A stretch of 64,000 nt of DNA from Chrysomallon squamiferum (lineage: Eukaryota > Animalia > Mollusca): NCBI GenBank assembly GCA_012295275.1, contig CM022673.1, forward strand, positions 3,038,001-3,102,000, given 5' to 3'. How positions within the stretch are numbered: position 1 is the first letter of the stretch; every line of letters begins with the position of its first letter. Positions 62,401-64,000 of this stretch are shown here, in pieces. Under the pieces are notes generated by a model. The model had not been told where the DNA came from. It was given only the letters and a program-made list of their open reading frames with translations, and made no database searches. The position numbers were made by a program, and so were the translations under genes.

Positions 62401-64000
62401 GCGCTGCAGCCAAATGATCGACGGAGCGAGCTGAAGGGGAAGGAAGGAAGGAAGGAAAAGAAAAGAAAACGAAAGCAGCTGAAACGTCTATGACAAGCCA
62501 AGTTTTCCAAAAATACGCCAGGTGGTCAAATTCCTGACATCTAGAAATAGCCATCGCTTATAAATAACAAAATGTTTGGGGAAAAAAAAAAAGAACAAAG
62601 GAATAGCGGGGGTGTTGTGATGGTTAGCCTACATAGATCAGAAATAAAACAAAACACGAACAGGTTAATAGGCACATTTACATACCTAAACGACAAACAC
62701 ATTCCTGGTTTTATATTTATTATTGTCGATGCGGTGGTCCAGAGGAATATTATACTATCTCTTTGTGTTTTTTTTTTCTCTATATGTATTTCTAATTATT
62801 TATATATAGTATGTGCTTGCGTACATATGTAATGTGTGTATGTGTGTGTGTGTCAGTGTGTGTGTGTCATCTCAGTATAGCTTTAAATTGTTCATTTTAT
62901 CTCTAGATAATAAGGAGAAAGGAAATGTTATTTCATTTATGAATACACACTTACCTACGCACACATAAACACATACATACAAACATATGAATATACATAC
63001 ACAAACTCATACACTTAACACAGTCTACAGACCGCAGACAGTGTATAAACAAACTGTATCTTTCTTCTTTGAATTCGACACATCATCCTGTTTTCACTGA
63101 AACAATGTTTGATAAATATATAAATAAATATTATCACAATGCATTCTCAACATAATGGTAATAACAGTTACGTCTATTTTTTAAATCGATGCCAAGGATT
63201 GCATCGCAAATACCTGATACATCTTTGTAAACTATTAACTGTCTACTTTTACTTGGCAAAGCCGTCCACCGCCAGCGAGGCATGACCCATATCAAATCAA
63301 AATTCGAATATCTTTAAGTAGATCTTTAGCCAGAACGATTCGCTCCCTGATAAGGAAACTGTATTACACAGGTGAACACCAACACACTGTAGAAATTTCC
63401 GTGACTGGCAGATTTGTTCCTCTATTGTGTCTTTCACTGCCTCCTTTTTTCCCCCTCTTTTTCTTTCTTTCATTCTGTCTTTCATTAGCGTCATCTATTT
63501 CATTTTTTTTGTTTCTTAGTTTCTCATTTTTTGTTAGACTGAAGCTGGCTCGGAACCCCTCACTCATTATCTCTGTCTGTCTGTCTGTCTCTCTAAACAG
63601 AATATTTAAGAGAAAGGTTTGGAAGGCTAGTTTCTTGTTTGTGTTTTTCTTGCTTTGATGTTGTTGTTTATTGATGCTCGCTGTTTTTGCTGAGACATTA
63701 AATCAAACAGTCGCTGAGATGTGATCCTGATCCTTGTAAGGCAAAAATATTTTTTCCTCGTTAACTTACTAATATACTGTCTTTCGAAAACAACATTTAT
63801 TATTGAAAATAACAATTGACATTCTCTCTTCACCTGAGAAACAACCAGAGAGTCGAAGGAACTGGAAATTTGAATTTTTGTATCTTTTGAAAGGAAGACT
63901 TGACACGATATTCTTAATGATTTTAAATTATTTCTCCATCTCGCTATATATATAGTAAATAATTAGACACGTTAAAACAGAAAGAGACAGAAAGACTATC

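Overview
AT-rich, microsatellite-dense eukaryotic genomic DNA, most consistent with a mollusc and possibly a coleoid cephalopod (inferred from composition and gene content, not proven). Almost all ORFs in the supplied track are microsatellite artefacts. Splicing by hand gives: (1) a GC-rich, uninterrupted orphan ORF on the minus strand (16311-17201, 296 aa); (2) two tandem short-chain dehydrogenase/reductase paralogues of the SDR9C (retinol/17-beta-hydroxysteroid dehydrogenase) type (21011-23642 and 25868-28144), both with a GC-AG intron; (3) a 3-exon LITAF-domain gene (39981-41990); (4) a 4-exon type I membrane protein with a C-type lectin-like domain, Ser/Thr stalk and C-terminal anchor (52508-55022); (5) the first coding exon of a Ras-family small GTPase (58924-59041). 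There are also two Tigger/pogo-type non-autonomous DNA transposons and several minisatellites. The most unusual signals are: a 301-bp tract covering the catalytic exon that is 300/301 identical between the otherwise diverged SDR paralogues; an intronic block lying on opposite sides of that exon in the two copies; a 66-nt pre-miRNA-like hairpin in the lectin gene intron; and minus-strand exon candidates suggesting the SDR pair may be nested in an intron of the orphan gene. No prokaryotic features, CRISPR arrays, rRNA or tRNA were recognised.
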